NCBI GenBank assembly: GCA_020184695.1
Contig: JAANOX010000087.1
Coordinates: forward strand, 124,001 to 188,000
Origin: Histomonas meleagridis 2922-C6/04-290x
Taxonomy: Eukaryota; Protista; Parabasalia
Direction of reading: 5' to 3'
DNA: 64,000 nucleotides
Shown here: positions 32,250 to 43,585 of the stretch, piece after piece
Layout: the number at the start of each line of letters is the position of its first letter
Position numbering within the stretch: position 1 is the stretch's first letter
The notes under the pieces: generated by a model
Told to the model about the DNA's origin: nothing
Seen by the model: the letters and a program-made list of their open reading frames with translations, nothing else
Databases searched by the model: none
Translations under genes and position numbers: made by a program

Positions 32250-34043
32250 TCAACAGTCGTCTCCATTTGATTTCATTTCCTCATTTTTGGCAATTGCTTC
32301 TTGTAGTATCTGATTAAACTCTTGTTTTGTTGTGGCGTTGTTTAATTTGTCGATATACTCTTGTTGCAAATCGCCCAAATTCTCCAACTTTCCGATGTCT
32401 TGTTGTATCGTTTCTTTTTTGTCTATTTTTATTTCTTCATTTTGTGATTGCGCTTTTGCAACAATTTCATTTAATTCTGCTACTGATTTTGCATTTGTTA
32501 TTTGCGCAGTGTAATCCGCTTTGTTTTCTTCACCCAAAAACATTATCTCATCAATTTTATTCTTTGCTAACGCTTTTTTTGCTTCTCTGTTTTTGTTTGA
32601 TGCAGCTTCTGCACTTGAAACAATTTCATTTAATTCTTTTGGAGATTTTGCATTTGAAATTTTCGTAACATTATCCGCTTTGTTTTCTCATCTAAAAACA
32701 TTAATTCATTAATTTTGCTCGATGCTTTCGCTTTAAAATCACCAAGGAAATCGTCGATATCAGAAAATGCCTTTTTCCCACATAATTGAATTGATCCCAA
32801 TTTGTCTCTGCATTTTTCGTATTTAATATTCTTTACATTATAAAATGTGTAATCACCAATAGACGTAACGCCTTCTTCAACCTTAAGATCTGTAATATTA
32901 TCAAAGAAGTTCTTCCACGGAACAAGTTTTTCACTTTCGAAATTGCGCATTGGACCATTTCCTTTAATAGTAAGAAGCCCTTTCTTCAATGTCCATCTAA
33001 GATGCTACCAGAGTCTGTCGCTTCCATTTGATATAATATTAGCTTAATTTTAGGTCCAATAAGTTCATGTTTCTTATACTTATAGTCATAATCAGTCATT
33101 GGTAAGCCCCAATATAATTCGCCACCAGTGTATTTATATTCCTTCTTGTGATATTCAGCTTTGATTCCCATTAAGAACAATCCTTCTCGTGAATTTGTGC
33201 TGTCGAATGCATACCAATCTTCCCCAAGATGGACCCAATTGCATGCGTGTTTACTTGACGTCTCTCCAATTACAGAAAAGCCTTCAACGCCTGCGCGATT
33301 GAAGAAGAGTGTTGCTAGAGCTGAGTAGCCTTGGCATACAGTTTTATTTTTGAAGAGTGCTGTATAGACTGAATTTCCGTTTTGAGGTATCCCGGCATAT
33401 TCAACATTATCACGAATCCACCACCACAAAACAACTTGTTTTTCGTAATCGGTGTGTAGATCATTGTCAGCACAATACCCGGTAAAATTACCTGTTGCAA
33501 ACATTCGATCAACTTCTTGACGAGAAATACGTTCATGGTCATGAGAGAAGCTGTATAGCCCATGTTAATTGTGTAGTAACCTGGATATTGATTATATTGA
33601 TGTTCAGGTTGGAACCACTGACTCGAAAGTGTCGAACCATTACCAGATACTTTTAAATAGCTATAATATGACAAGTCAACTTGTTTCATACATGCGATTG
33701 AATCATTATATGCTCGTGTGAAATATTCTTTCCAGTAATCTCCGGCAACACAAAAATCTACTCCTTCAGGAAGGTTTGTCAATTTAGCATGCTCTTCAGG
33801 AGTCATAGTGAGAGTTATTTTTACATTCATCCTCCATGTCACCAAGTTTCGAAGGAGAAATTCTAAAATTTCATCATACCGATCATGTATATAGTTCAGA
33901 ATGAGAAAATTATTTTATTCTTCGCGGCCTAGGATGTCTATTGACCATAAATCTTCAACAGTATAATTAAGATTTATAACAGAATGAGCATGTGTTGGAA
34001 AAATTATAGATGTGAATATTATCATAAGAATTTTCGTAATCAT
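32250..34043 (-). pseudogene. Disrupted secreted protein: transglutaminase-like domain, BspA/LRR5-type segment, GA-module-like repeats
   Basis: ATG at 34043 with a signal peptide, then an in-frame TAA and frameshifts near 33545 and 32990. Motifs VCQGYS, KHACNWV, AFDST; WTLKKGLLTIKGNGPM...EEGVTSIGDYTF; ENKADYTAQITNAKSVAELNEI. Confidence 0.75.
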
Positions 34044-34218
34044 AGTCAGAAACAATTATAAATTTGAACAATCTCGATTAAATTGGTTTCAAATTCTGAG
34101 GTTTTTGTGAGAATTTCTTGACAAACAAATTTTGCTGGTAGATCTAGCGTTTAGATTCTGAGACCATTACTAAAAAACAGTTTTTGTGTGCGAGGTTTTC
34201 GTGTGATCTACGGCTAAT

Positions 34219-34600
34219 TTAAAACAAGAAGGAATTGACATTAATGCTAAAGATATTTCATATAAAATTAATAATTTTTTGTTTCATAATCATACTTTAT
34301 AATTATTCAAATTATTTAATATAGTACTTATTGAAGCAACTCAAAAAGGTTATAGATATATCTGGAATTTATTTAAATTATGATACACAGCACTTATTTG
34401 TGTATATGAAAACGGTAATTAAATTACTTCTTGTACATAAAGGAATAGATATTAATGCTAAAAATATTTCTATATTTTATTTTGGTTTTATTTATGCATT
34501 TTTATGTCTTTGAATGTTATTTGAAATTGTTTAAACTATTTAAATCTGCGCTTACAATGCACTTAAATTAACTAAATCAGGTTATGTAGAGATAATCAAA
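34219..34600 (+). pseudogene. Decayed ankyrin fragments carrying the same 17-nt-spacer cassettes
   Basis: LKQEGIDINAKD, GGA-[17 nt]-TAC-TAL, KLLLVHKGIDINAKN, then a 79-nt cassette at 34466-34544. Confidence 0.85.
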
Positions 34601-35094
34601 TTGAATACAGAACGCAAATAAACCGAATTTTAAATGTTTCAAAATGTATGTTTCATTTTCAAGAAAAATAAATATAACAAAATATAACAAAATTTTCTAA
34701 ATTAAATCAACTTTGTTTATATTTTTCAAATTTTACTTAATGAATATTATGTTTTTATTAATTCATGTCACAGTACATGAAAAACTTCAGAGTACTTTTC
34801 TCGACTTAACAGAGAAAGTATTTGATACAAATCTTGAAAAATTTACTTCAATAAATTTTGTTCAAAAAGTTTATTAACTTTGATCGTTGTTCAAATTATA
34901 TAGAAAAATCATCTTTGAATTATCTTTAATTATGACAATGGCATGAATTGGTTAATTCGATTTAAAAAGTTACTAAAACTTATTCAAATTATTTATTGCA
35001 TTATCATCGATGAAGAATTTGTTTCTGAGCCTTGTCAATGTGTTGCCAATTTTAATAACTTTGATTGAATATATAATGACAATATAAATTTAGT

Positions 35095-37278
35095 ATGGTC
35101 ATATATATTTTTTTGTTATGTAAATTATCTGGAGAAATTAAACTCGAAGCAAATGTAAATTTAACACTAGGTGAAGGGAAAGGAGGTGTACATCTTCGAT
35201 GGGGTAACAATTCAAAACCCGACCACATATTTTATAGAATATTTCAGAAGTCCTCTGAAAATGATGAATGGCAAACTGTAGGAACCCACAAAAAAGACAC
35301 ATTTATTAATGTTTTGAATATTTATCCAACAAACAGCACAGAAGGTCAAATAAGAACGACTGCGAAAAGTTTCCCCACTTATAATGTTACAATGAGTTTT
35401 GCAACTGATCCAAATGGGCAAGAATATATATATCCTAAATCTGCCTCACTAAAATCATGGATGGAAGGAGGTACTGTTGATGGGATCAATTTCTCACCAA
35501 TAGGTGTTGATATCAATACGAAGCAGCAATTAATGAACATAACACTTAAATCAATTGACGAATTTGAAGTTACAATTAGACAGAATCCATCGTGGATCTA
35601 TCAGTTTGATGTTATTGTCCATGGTTTTTGGGATGCCAATGCTAACTTTTCTTTATCAACAAACAGTTCAAATACCACAATAAGAGATTATATTAATCGA
35701 GGTTATGGATTCATTGCAGGTCATGATATTTTATGTCTTGCATTTGTTAAAGATAAAATTGAACCCACTAGTTTAATAGCAATAAGAGATCTGTTTGGCA
35801 TTAAATTACAACCAATTGATAACGGTAAATTTATGACCATTTATTCAACAAATATATCAATACAAAAAAGAGGCAACATCCTTAAATATCCATGGGACAT
35901 TGATGGCGAAATAAATACTACATATGATATATATAATACACACACAACAAGTAATGCAGCGATTGGAGATGTTTGGTTTTCATTAGGTAATACTGGAGTA
36001 CAATTTGATGGAGAACTTAAACATAATTTTTATCTCACAACATATAATAATACTGCGATGATACAACTAGGTCATAGTGAATGTAATGCAACTGAAACAG
36101 AAATGAAAATCTTAGCAAATACAATTTTTTATCTTAAACAAAGAATAACGGAGGAAGAATTCGATGATTATTTATTTTCAAATGATGTAGTACCACCAAA
36201 AATAGGAAATATTATATTTGATGAAAATAATTATTTGGTTAAAATTAATGCAGAAGATTACGGATCAGAATATACTTATAAAGTTTGCGCTTATAATGAG
36301 AATGGTGATTTGATTAATGAATCTAATAATGTAACTGTAAATGTGATCACAGGAATTATGAAATACATGTATATAATAAATGAAAACGTAAATTGTAATA
36401 TATCGGAATTACTATATGAAACATTTGATGATAATATAAAAATAACAAATAATGAAATTATAAAACAATTGTATGTTCATGTAGCAGCTGTTGATTGTGC
36501 TGGTAACATTGGAGAAATAAAGAGCTTCCAAATGCCAATTATATCTACAAAAACATTCACTGAATCAAATTCTTTCACTAAATCAAATACATTCTCTAAT
36601 TCAAACACATTCACTCAATCAAATTCATTTAGGAACTCAAATACATTTTTTAATTCAAACACATTTACAAAATCAAATTCATTTAGTGACTCAAATACAT
36701 TTACAAGATCAAATTTATTCACTGAATTATTTTCATTCATTTCATCAAATGCGGTTTCAGAGTTTTCACCTGATTTTACATTTTCTTATTCATATTTGAT
36801 AACATATTTAATATCAATTGCCAAAACATTTTTCAACTATACATATATGTCAAATTCTTATACATTTACTTTTATTGGATCTAAAATTACATATTTTAAT
36901 ACAAAGTTTATATACTACAAATATACTATAATATTTTATACCACATATTTTAGTTTTTATTCCGAATTCTTTACCATTTTCCAACAAACATCTCTATTAG
37001 CAAACAAAAGTAAAACAAACGTAATTATTATTTCAATTGTAGTTGCGATTTTAGTTGCAATTATAATAGTTATTGCATTACTTTATGCATTAATTTTCCA
37101 TAATCGAAACATAAAACACACTATTGAAAGTGAAATCACAAGCGAAGTATCTGATCAACAAAATGTTGAAGTTTTGAGTGATTTTACTAGTAAAGTGAGC
37201 GTGCATAACATTGAAGAAGATCCATTTGCAGCTGATTTCCAAGAAGATAAAAATGTGAATAATAACATATTTCATTAA
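35095..37278 (+). CDS. Type I surface protein: DUF5057-like bacterial-type domain, SNTFT stalk repeats, TM helix
   Basis: Short hydrophobic N-terminus, FINVLNIYP...VHGFWDAN...GFIAGHD...KILANTIFYL, 6-aa SN(T/S)FT repeats, TM helix IIIISIVVAILVAIIIVIALLYALIF. The domain name is tentative. Confidence 0.65.
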   Translation: MVIYIFLLCKLSGEIKLEANVNLTLGEGKGGVHLRWGNNSKPDHIFYRIFQKSSENDEWQTVGTHKKDTFINVLNIYPTNSTEGQIRTTAKSFPTYNVTMSFATDPNGQEYIYPKSASLKSWMEGGTVDGINFSPIGVDINTKQQLMNITLKSIDEFEVTIRQNPSWIYQFDVIVHGFWDANANFSLSTNSSNTTIRDYINRGYGFIAGHDILCLAFVKDKIEPTSLIAIRDLFGIKLQPIDNGKFMTIYSTNISIQKRGNILKYPWDIDGEINTTYDIYNTHTTSNAAIGDVWFSLGNTGVQFDGELKHNFYLTTYNNTAMIQLGHSECNATETEMKILANTIFYLKQRITEEEFDDYLFSNDVVPPKIGNIIFDENNYLVKINAEDYGSEYTYKVCAYNENGDLINESNNVTVNVITGIMKYMYIINENVNCNISELLYETFDDNIKITNNEIIKQLYVHVAAVDCAGNIGEIKSFQMPIISTKTFTESNSFTKSNTFSNSNTFTQSNSFRNSNTFFNSNTFTKSNSFSDSNTFTRSNLFTELFSFISSNAVSEFSPDFTFSYSYLITYLISIAKTFFNYTYMSNSYTFTFIGSKITYFNTKFIYYKYTIIFYTTYFSFYSEFFTIFQQTSLLANKSKTNVIIISIVVAILVAIIIVIALLYALIFHNRNIKHTIESEITSEVSDQQNVEVLSDFTSKVSVHNIEEDPFAADFQEDKNVNNNIFH
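36550..36720 (+). repeat. 18-nt coding repeat (SNTFTx) stalk
   Basis: TCAAA(C/T)ACATT(C/T)... units. Confidence 0.8.
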
Positions 37279-37650
37279 AAAATGTTTTTTATCATTCCTT
37301 CGAAATATATGTCAATAAACATTTTTTAGTGTGAAAAATTTGTTTATTCTGTTTTAATAATGTACCAAAACACATTTTTTTGTGACGTTGATTCTAAAAG
37401 TTTTGTTCTGTCAAAATGTAACAAACTCCAAAATAAAGATGCTGTATTCCAAGTATCATTTTACATTCTGAATAAAGGTCAAAAGAAAAATTCAATTGTA
37501 TCTTTTTTCATAAACGCAAAATCTTATCAGATAGAACAGAAATAATATATTTTGACACCACTTAAATTCTTGATCACGTGTTAATAAAAAATTTTATATC
37601 ACATTATTTAAATTCTTAAAAAAAAAATAACTTATAAACTATAGAACCGT

Positions 37651-40600
37651 TTAACACTTAAAGTCTGTATCTGCATCGATTTTCAGTGTCTTCTGGAACG
37701 ATTTATACAATTCTTCAACCGATCCAATCAACTTGTCCAACGCCTTTTTTATCTCAACCTTGTAATCCTCATTTTTTCCCTGTCTATTTTGTGGGAAGAA
37801 CATCAAAAAATTCTTCGAAATTTGTTTTTTGTTCAAGAACTCCTCAATGAACTTAGCGTGCGATTCATAAAACGTCAAATGTTGTAACACCGAAATCGGA
37901 ATCTTCAAGTTCATTGGGTTATATTCGATCAAACTTGATACCATATAAACGATGAATAAACTTTCAGATTCGATATTCGATGTATCCAAAATAATTCTCA
38001 TGACTTTTAATGCTAAGTTATAATAATCATTAACATTTGAACATGCACAAAATTCCAAAATTTCATTTTGATTAAAAACTTCGATAATATCATTAAATGA
38101 AATTTGATGAATATTATCATCCAAATTATTCGGGATATTATTAATCGTAATAAAAATATTTTCGAACAATACTCTAAAAAACTTAAAAATTCCAAACTCA
38201 GTCGATATCATATTAAATATCGAATTCAACAAGTTTGATATATATTTCGATGGATTTATATGGAATTTTAATGAAACGATTTTAAAGAACCATAAAAATT
38301 GTTTAAAAAAGCTCAAGTTAGACTCAAAGATTAATATCAAGAAATTATATACAAAGTTATTCTCAGAGTATTTCAAAAACAAAAATAAACACCAAGGCAA
38401 TGAAAATCGATTACTAATTATTAACTTTTGTTTTGTTTTTAAGTCGTTTAAAACTTCTTTTAGAAAATCTTCTTCAAAAAATTGTGTTAATAATATTAAC
38501 ATTGTTAAATGAAATACATAATGATCAGCTAAAGACATAATTTTAGTTTTGATTGAAAAGAAATCATTTTTCGTAAATAAATCATTTTTACAAAAATCGA
38601 AATTTTTCGAATCATTTAATTTCTTATAAAAAGTATAAAACAATAAATTAAAGTTATTCCTTAACATATTAATAATTACATCAGTTTCGGCTTGACAAAA
38701 AAATGAAAATCCAAGTTCAAGTATTAATTCGTCGTTATTATTTTGTGAGAAGTTTATTACTTCATTAATAATTTCTTCATCAGCAGTTTGAGTGAAAATG
38801 ATTTTAAAGAATTTCCATAAAAATTTTCGATATTTTATATCTTCTTCAGGAATTAATTTTAATATATTTAAAGGATGTAAATATTGTATATATTTAGAGT
38901 TTGTTGCTATAATGTTTAATCCATATTTTGATATTAAACATTGATATAATTCTAAATTTATACTTTTCCAAAAATTTAAATCTAATAAATAATATACGAA
39001 AAAATGTATTTTATATTCTTCTATTTTAAATGTATCAAATAAATTAATGATTGAAGGAATTACTGTTTTATCATAAGCATTCGGATCAACAGATTTAAAT
39101 GAATTAATATAAACATTTAAAGGATTTATAGAAAATATTTTCTTTTCAAGTTTAGGTTGGATATCAAGTATATTCTTTATTAAATTCATAATAAAGATAA
39201 ATGAATTTGGCGTTTTCGTTTTCTTTATAAGTTTTAATAATCCATTTTGTTCAATTAATGTTTGGAATATATTTGTAGCTTGTGAACATATATAACCTTT
39301 CGCATATATGAAATGTGATGTTTTTTGATTAACTAAATTCGACAATATTTGATCCTTATGTTCAAATGGTATCATTTTTAATTCAAGTTGTGCTTCATCA
39401 CCAAAATTCATTGATAATGTTAATCGCGCTTCGATTTTAGAGATTGATATTAAATCATGTTCCAAAATGTTATGTTTAAAGATATATATCGATGATATCA
39501 TTCCATTTAAGTTATGTCCGAAAATTGCTTTTACTTGTTGATCTTTAGGGAATTCAAATGTGGACAAATTTGCTTCTAAATATTTTGCACCACCTATAGC
39601 TGCTGTTAACTTATGATTAAAGATAGAAGAAGCCAAGAAATACCATTTTTGAGTCTTTAAGAATTCGGGTGATTCAGATATTAATTGATTATTTATATAT
39701 AATTGAAGTTTACCTTGATTAACCTTTAAAGAAAATCGTAAATTATTTGGGTTATTACTATTATTATTTGAGTCATTTATATCATCAAATGTAAAGAATT
39801 CATATAACGTTTGATTAGAATGTGAAAAAGAATCAATACAAAATGATATTAATATTGCATGTCGACCATTAATTATATAAGTCGGAATACCTTTTATTAT
39901 AATACCCGATTTTTCTTGACTTAAGAATATAAATGCACGAGGAAATTCATATGATTCACGTGTAATTACATTAGTTAAGATCATTTTAATTTGTTCATCT
40001 GATTGACTTTCAATTAATTCATTAAATACAAATGGTGGAAAGTTCCATTGAAGCATTGGCTTTAAGATACTTAAGAATGATGAAGTTATTGTTGTAACAT
40101 TATGTTCAATAATATATTGATAAGCAAATCGATAAAATTCAGATCGATATACAGTTAATTGATTTTCGAATAATTCATTCACTGCATTAGCTAAAAACCT
40201 AAAAAGAATTTCATGGAAATTATCATTCATTGTAATATAATGTGCTAAACATATCCCATCAACATTAGTAATTAAATGACGCGATATTGGTATATTAGTT
40301 CCATCAATTAAAATCTCTTTATTAAATATTAAATATGTAATTGATTTAATTAAATTAGGAGTGATTTTAATATTATCAAAACTTTCAAAATCAGTTTGAT
40401 AAAAACGAACTGAATTTAATTTCTTTTGGATTTCAGGAAATGTTGATAACGAACCAATCATATGTATAATCGAAAAGACAATTCCTTCTTTTTCAGGATC
40501 TCTTAATATTGTTAATAAATTCGAAATATGATTCGAATCAACAAACAATGATAACAAATCAATGTTTTTATTCTTAATTATTTCATCGAAAATAATTGGT

Positions 40601-42522
40601 AATTGTTGAGCAATTTTAATCCAATTATTAGAATTCGATTTATAATTCGATAATATTCGAATTATAGTTTGAATTAAGTTATTAAATATTGTTGAATTAT
40701 TAATTCTTCCAATAGTTTTTAATAATAACTTTAATATGAACTCATTCATTTCAAAATCAAATAATTTCCGAAATAAATTTTCTACAAATATTATATTAAC
40801 AAAAAAATAATCGACAATTATATCATTTTCAAATAATTTTGTTATTAAATAATAAAATCGTTTTTGTGATACTGTATTTCCATGAATTGAATTACTATAA
40901 AATGTTAATGATTCAACAAATGATTTAGATGGGAAACATTCAGCAAAACGAACACTATTTTCTTCATATAATAAAATCAAAACAGAAATTATTTCATCAC
41001 ATATAATAATATCATTAAATATCGATGCTAATTTCTCAAATAATACATAAGCAATTTCATCTGATAATTGATATAATTTATATGTTAAATTATATAATTC
41101 AAATCGTGCCAAATATGATAATTCTAATTCTTCTCCATTATCTTCAATAGTTAATATATTTGGATGGAACAAAAATGAAAAATCTAATGAATTATCAATT
41201 TTAATATTTATATTCGAAAATATTACAGATATTTCATAAATAATTTCAATAATTTCATTTTTAGTTTTGTTCTGATTATTAATAAATTGTTGCGCAAAAC
41301 TTAATACTGACTTATTAAACTCTCGATCATTTATAGCATTTAATAAGTTATAAAATAAACTAATGCTTGAAACTATTGATTGATTAACTTGATTGTTTGA
41401 TTGGATTTGGAATTTCGGTAGATTTTCATCATAAACAAATGGTTCGCCTTCTCGAAATGAATAATCAAAACTCATGTTTTCCCTTATAACTTTACGACTT
41501 AGAATCGATGAAATATCATGTTTTATTGTCTTAGGCTCATAAAACTTTTGGAAACTCCATAATGGATATAAGATAATTGAAGCACATAAATCACTCATAA
41601 CAAAAACAGAATAAAAATTCTTGTTTTTGTCCCATAAAATTAACCTCTCAAATGCAATTAAGATGTTGTTACAAAGTAATTTTAAGATGTTCTCATTACA
41701 TGGAATAGTAGATAAGTTATTGATAATTAATAAACAATCTTGAATGAAATGTGAAAAAATGTCGTTCTGAGGAATTGCTAAAAGACCATACCCATAGATA
41801 GTAACCTCTTCTAAAAATAATATAATATAGTTATATTCATGTTGATTTAATTGGGAAATTCGTCGACTTAAAAATTCAAAGTAACAAACGGTCAACTGAA
41901 AAAGTGACTTCCTGACTGCTAAATTATCGTGAGTACAAATCTTGGGTTTTATGGTAATTGCAAGAGAAATGTTGAATTCTTTAAGTTTAGGATGCTCAAA
42001 AATTGATGCATCAAATTTACATTGTGGAAGATTTAAAATAAAATCATTTAAAATAAGATTTAAATCTGAAGATGTGATCTCTAAAGCCAATCTTATAACA
42101 GTAATATAACGATTGGTATCAATTAATGAACAAGTATCAATGTTTTTAAGTATATTACGAAAGTAAACAATAAATTGAATAAAAATACGTATGAAATAGG
42201 GAACAAGAAATTGTGTAGCTTTGTGGGTTTTGTGGAATAAAATATGTTTATTGATATCTAAGAATTCAACAAATTTAATTTGTGTTTCTGTTAAACTTTG
42301 ATTTAGTTGAAAGATTTCTATAACGCGTTCTTCATTGTTCAAGTCACTTCTTGATGTTTTTTTCTTGGAAAGTGAAGATTTGGTTGAATATAACTTTTGG
42401 CAAATAAGGGCAAAATCTGGATCCAAATTCGATGTAGAAATCCACGAATCATTTTCTTTTGCCGTGAGATATTTAACCCACAGTTTTAAAGTCGAATAGT
42501 CTTTTTTATCTTTTCTTCTCAT
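37651..42522 (-). CDS. 1623-aa helical protein with a ConA/LamG-like segment, resembling the N-terminal part of BEACH proteins
   Basis: Long ORF with QKWYFLASS...KAIFGHNLNGMISSIYIF lectin-like segment. No BEACH motif seen. Confidence 0.55.
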   Translation of the reverse strand: MRRKDKKDYSTLKLWVKYLTAKENDSWISTSNLDPDFALICQKLYSTKSSLSKKKTSRSDLNNEERVIEIFQLNQSLTETQIKFVEFLDINKHILFHKTHKATQFLVPYFIRIFIQFIVYFRNILKNIDTCSLIDTNRYITVIRLALEITSSDLNLILNDFILNLPQCKFDASIFEHPKLKEFNISLAITIKPKICTHDNLAVRKSLFQLTVCYFEFLSRRISQLNQHEYNYIILFLEEVTIYGYGLLAIPQNDIFSHFIQDCLLIINNLSTIPCNENILKLLCNNILIAFERLILWDKNKNFYSVFVMSDLCASIILYPLWSFQKFYEPKTIKHDISSILSRKVIRENMSFDYSFREGEPFVYDENLPKFQIQSNNQVNQSIVSSISLFYNLLNAINDREFNKSVLSFAQQFINNQNKTKNEIIEIIYEISVIFSNINIKIDNSLDFSFLFHPNILTIEDNGEELELSYLARFELYNLTYKLYQLSDEIAYVLFEKLASIFNDIIICDEIISVLILLYEENSVRFAECFPSKSFVESLTFYSNSIHGNTVSQKRFYYLITKLFENDIIVDYFFVNIIFVENLFRKLFDFEMNEFILKLLLKTIGRINNSTIFNNLIQTIIRILSNYKSNSNNWIKIAQQLPIIFDEIIKNKNIDLLSLFVDSNHISNLLTILRDPEKEGIVFSIIHMIGSLSTFPEIQKKLNSVRFYQTDFESFDNIKITPNLIKSITYLIFNKEILIDGTNIPISRHLITNVDGICLAHYITMNDNFHEILFRFLANAVNELFENQLTVYRSEFYRFAYQYIIEHNVTTITSSFLSILKPMLQWNFPPFVFNELIESQSDEQIKMILTNVITRESYEFPRAFIFLSQEKSGIIIKGIPTYIINGRHAILISFCIDSFSHSNQTLYEFFTFDDINDSNNNSNNPNNLRFSLKVNQGKLQLYINNQLISESPEFLKTQKWYFLASSIFNHKLTAAIGGAKYLEANLSTFEFPKDQQVKAIFGHNLNGMISSIYIFKHNILEHDLISISKIEARLTLSMNFGDEAQLELKMIPFEHKDQILSNLVNQKTSHFIYAKGYICSQATNIFQTLIEQNGLLKLIKKTKTPNSFIFIMNLIKNILDIQPKLEKKIFSINPLNVYINSFKSVDPNAYDKTVIPSIINLFDTFKIEEYKIHFFVYYLLDLNFWKSINLELYQCLISKYGLNIIATNSKYIQYLHPLNILKLIPEEDIKYRKFLWKFFKIIFTQTADEEIINEVINFSQNNNDELILELGFSFFCQAETDVIINMLRNNFNLLFYTFYKKLNDSKNFDFCKNDLFTKNDFFSIKTKIMSLADHYVFHLTMLILLTQFFEEDFLKEVLNDLKTKQKLIISNRFSLPWCLFLFLKYSENNFVYNFLILIFESNLSFFKQFLWFFKIVSLKFHINPSKYISNLLNSIFNMISTEFGIFKFFRVLFENIFITINNIPNNLDDNIHQISFNDIIEVFNQNEILEFCACSNVNDYYNLALKVMRIILDTSNIESESLFIVYMVSSLIEYNPMNLKIPISVLQHLTFYESHAKFIEEFLNKKQISKNFLMFFPQNRQGKNEDYKVEIKKALDKLIGSVEELYKSFQKTLKIDADTDFKC

Positions 42523-42644
42523 TATTTGCTATCGGGGCACCCAAAAAAAATTGATTTTCCAAGGAAAAAAGAAAAAAAAAAACAAGACTATTAAAACAAT
42601 TTTTTTTATATGTAACAACATTAAAAAGAAATTTAAAGAGTGCG

Positions 42645-42923
42645 CTATTCATCATTTGTTGGATTAAAAAAATCAACAAGAATTTTAAGTTGTTCACTAG
42701 GTTTGAGAGGAAACTGAGACCACGAACATAAGGGTGCTTGTAGCGATGGTGAATCCCATGGAATAATTTCATCACTTTCACATTGAGCAATTTCATCTTT
42801 GGTAAAAAATCCGTCTTGGGGAACAAACTGCGTACTTGCATCTGCATGTTCTACATTTTCATTTGGTGGATCGATTTTCTCTTTATGAATGGATAGACGT
42901 ACCTTTTTTAATCCTGCGGACAT
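42645..42923 (-). CDS. Small hypothetical protein, 92 aa
   Basis: ATG-initiated ORF with coding-like composition. Confidence 0.45.
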   Translation of the reverse strand: MSAGLKKVRLSIHKEKIDPPNENVEHADASTQFVPQDGFFTKDEIAQCESDEIIPWDSPSLQAPLCSWSQFPLKPSEQLKILVDFFNPTNDE

Positions 42924-43585
42924 TTGATGTGAAAATAATCTTTATCGCTTAGATAAACTTTGTGGAAGCAATAAAAATAGTTTTACAAAACATCAATCTT
43001 CCAATACATTTTTGAAAATAAATTTGAAGGAACATGTGTATATTAATATTTATCGCAATTTTGATATTAAATTTAGAAATTCTGATTTTATAATTATTTC
43101 ATTTTTGAAAAAGAAAAAAAATGAAATAATGTAAATATTATAAATGAATCAGCAAAAATTAGCAATATATATTTTGATAAATAATATATATTCAGAATTT
43201 TAAGATAAAAATGTTGGCAAAATTTTTTTTCGTGATCGTTAACAATTCAATTAATATTCAATTTTCTAATCGGCAAGAAATGGTTTCATATAACCAAAGT
43301 CCTCCTTCACATAAACATGATATTTTTCGTAAGAAATATTTACAGAAGGAATCATAGCTAATATTTTAATATAGGAGCATAATTACAATACTTGCGACTA
43401 AAGAATTTTAAGGGATTTTCATGATAGAACATTCCCCGCCAAAAAAGTGAACAATAACCGTTGGTTATACCCCACAAACGAAAAAATCGACAACTTTTTC
43501 ATCAAAAACCGCTGCCGTTTGACCTATCGTTGAATGAAGACTTTGTCCGCTGTCCTTTCATGTGGTTTCATTTCACTTCTTTCTA

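Noticed and set aside
33540-33550. Possible 17-nt spacer at the transglutaminase frameshift
   Set aside because: The junction is explained by a single-base loss, and no RTTT...TTT 17-mer is present.
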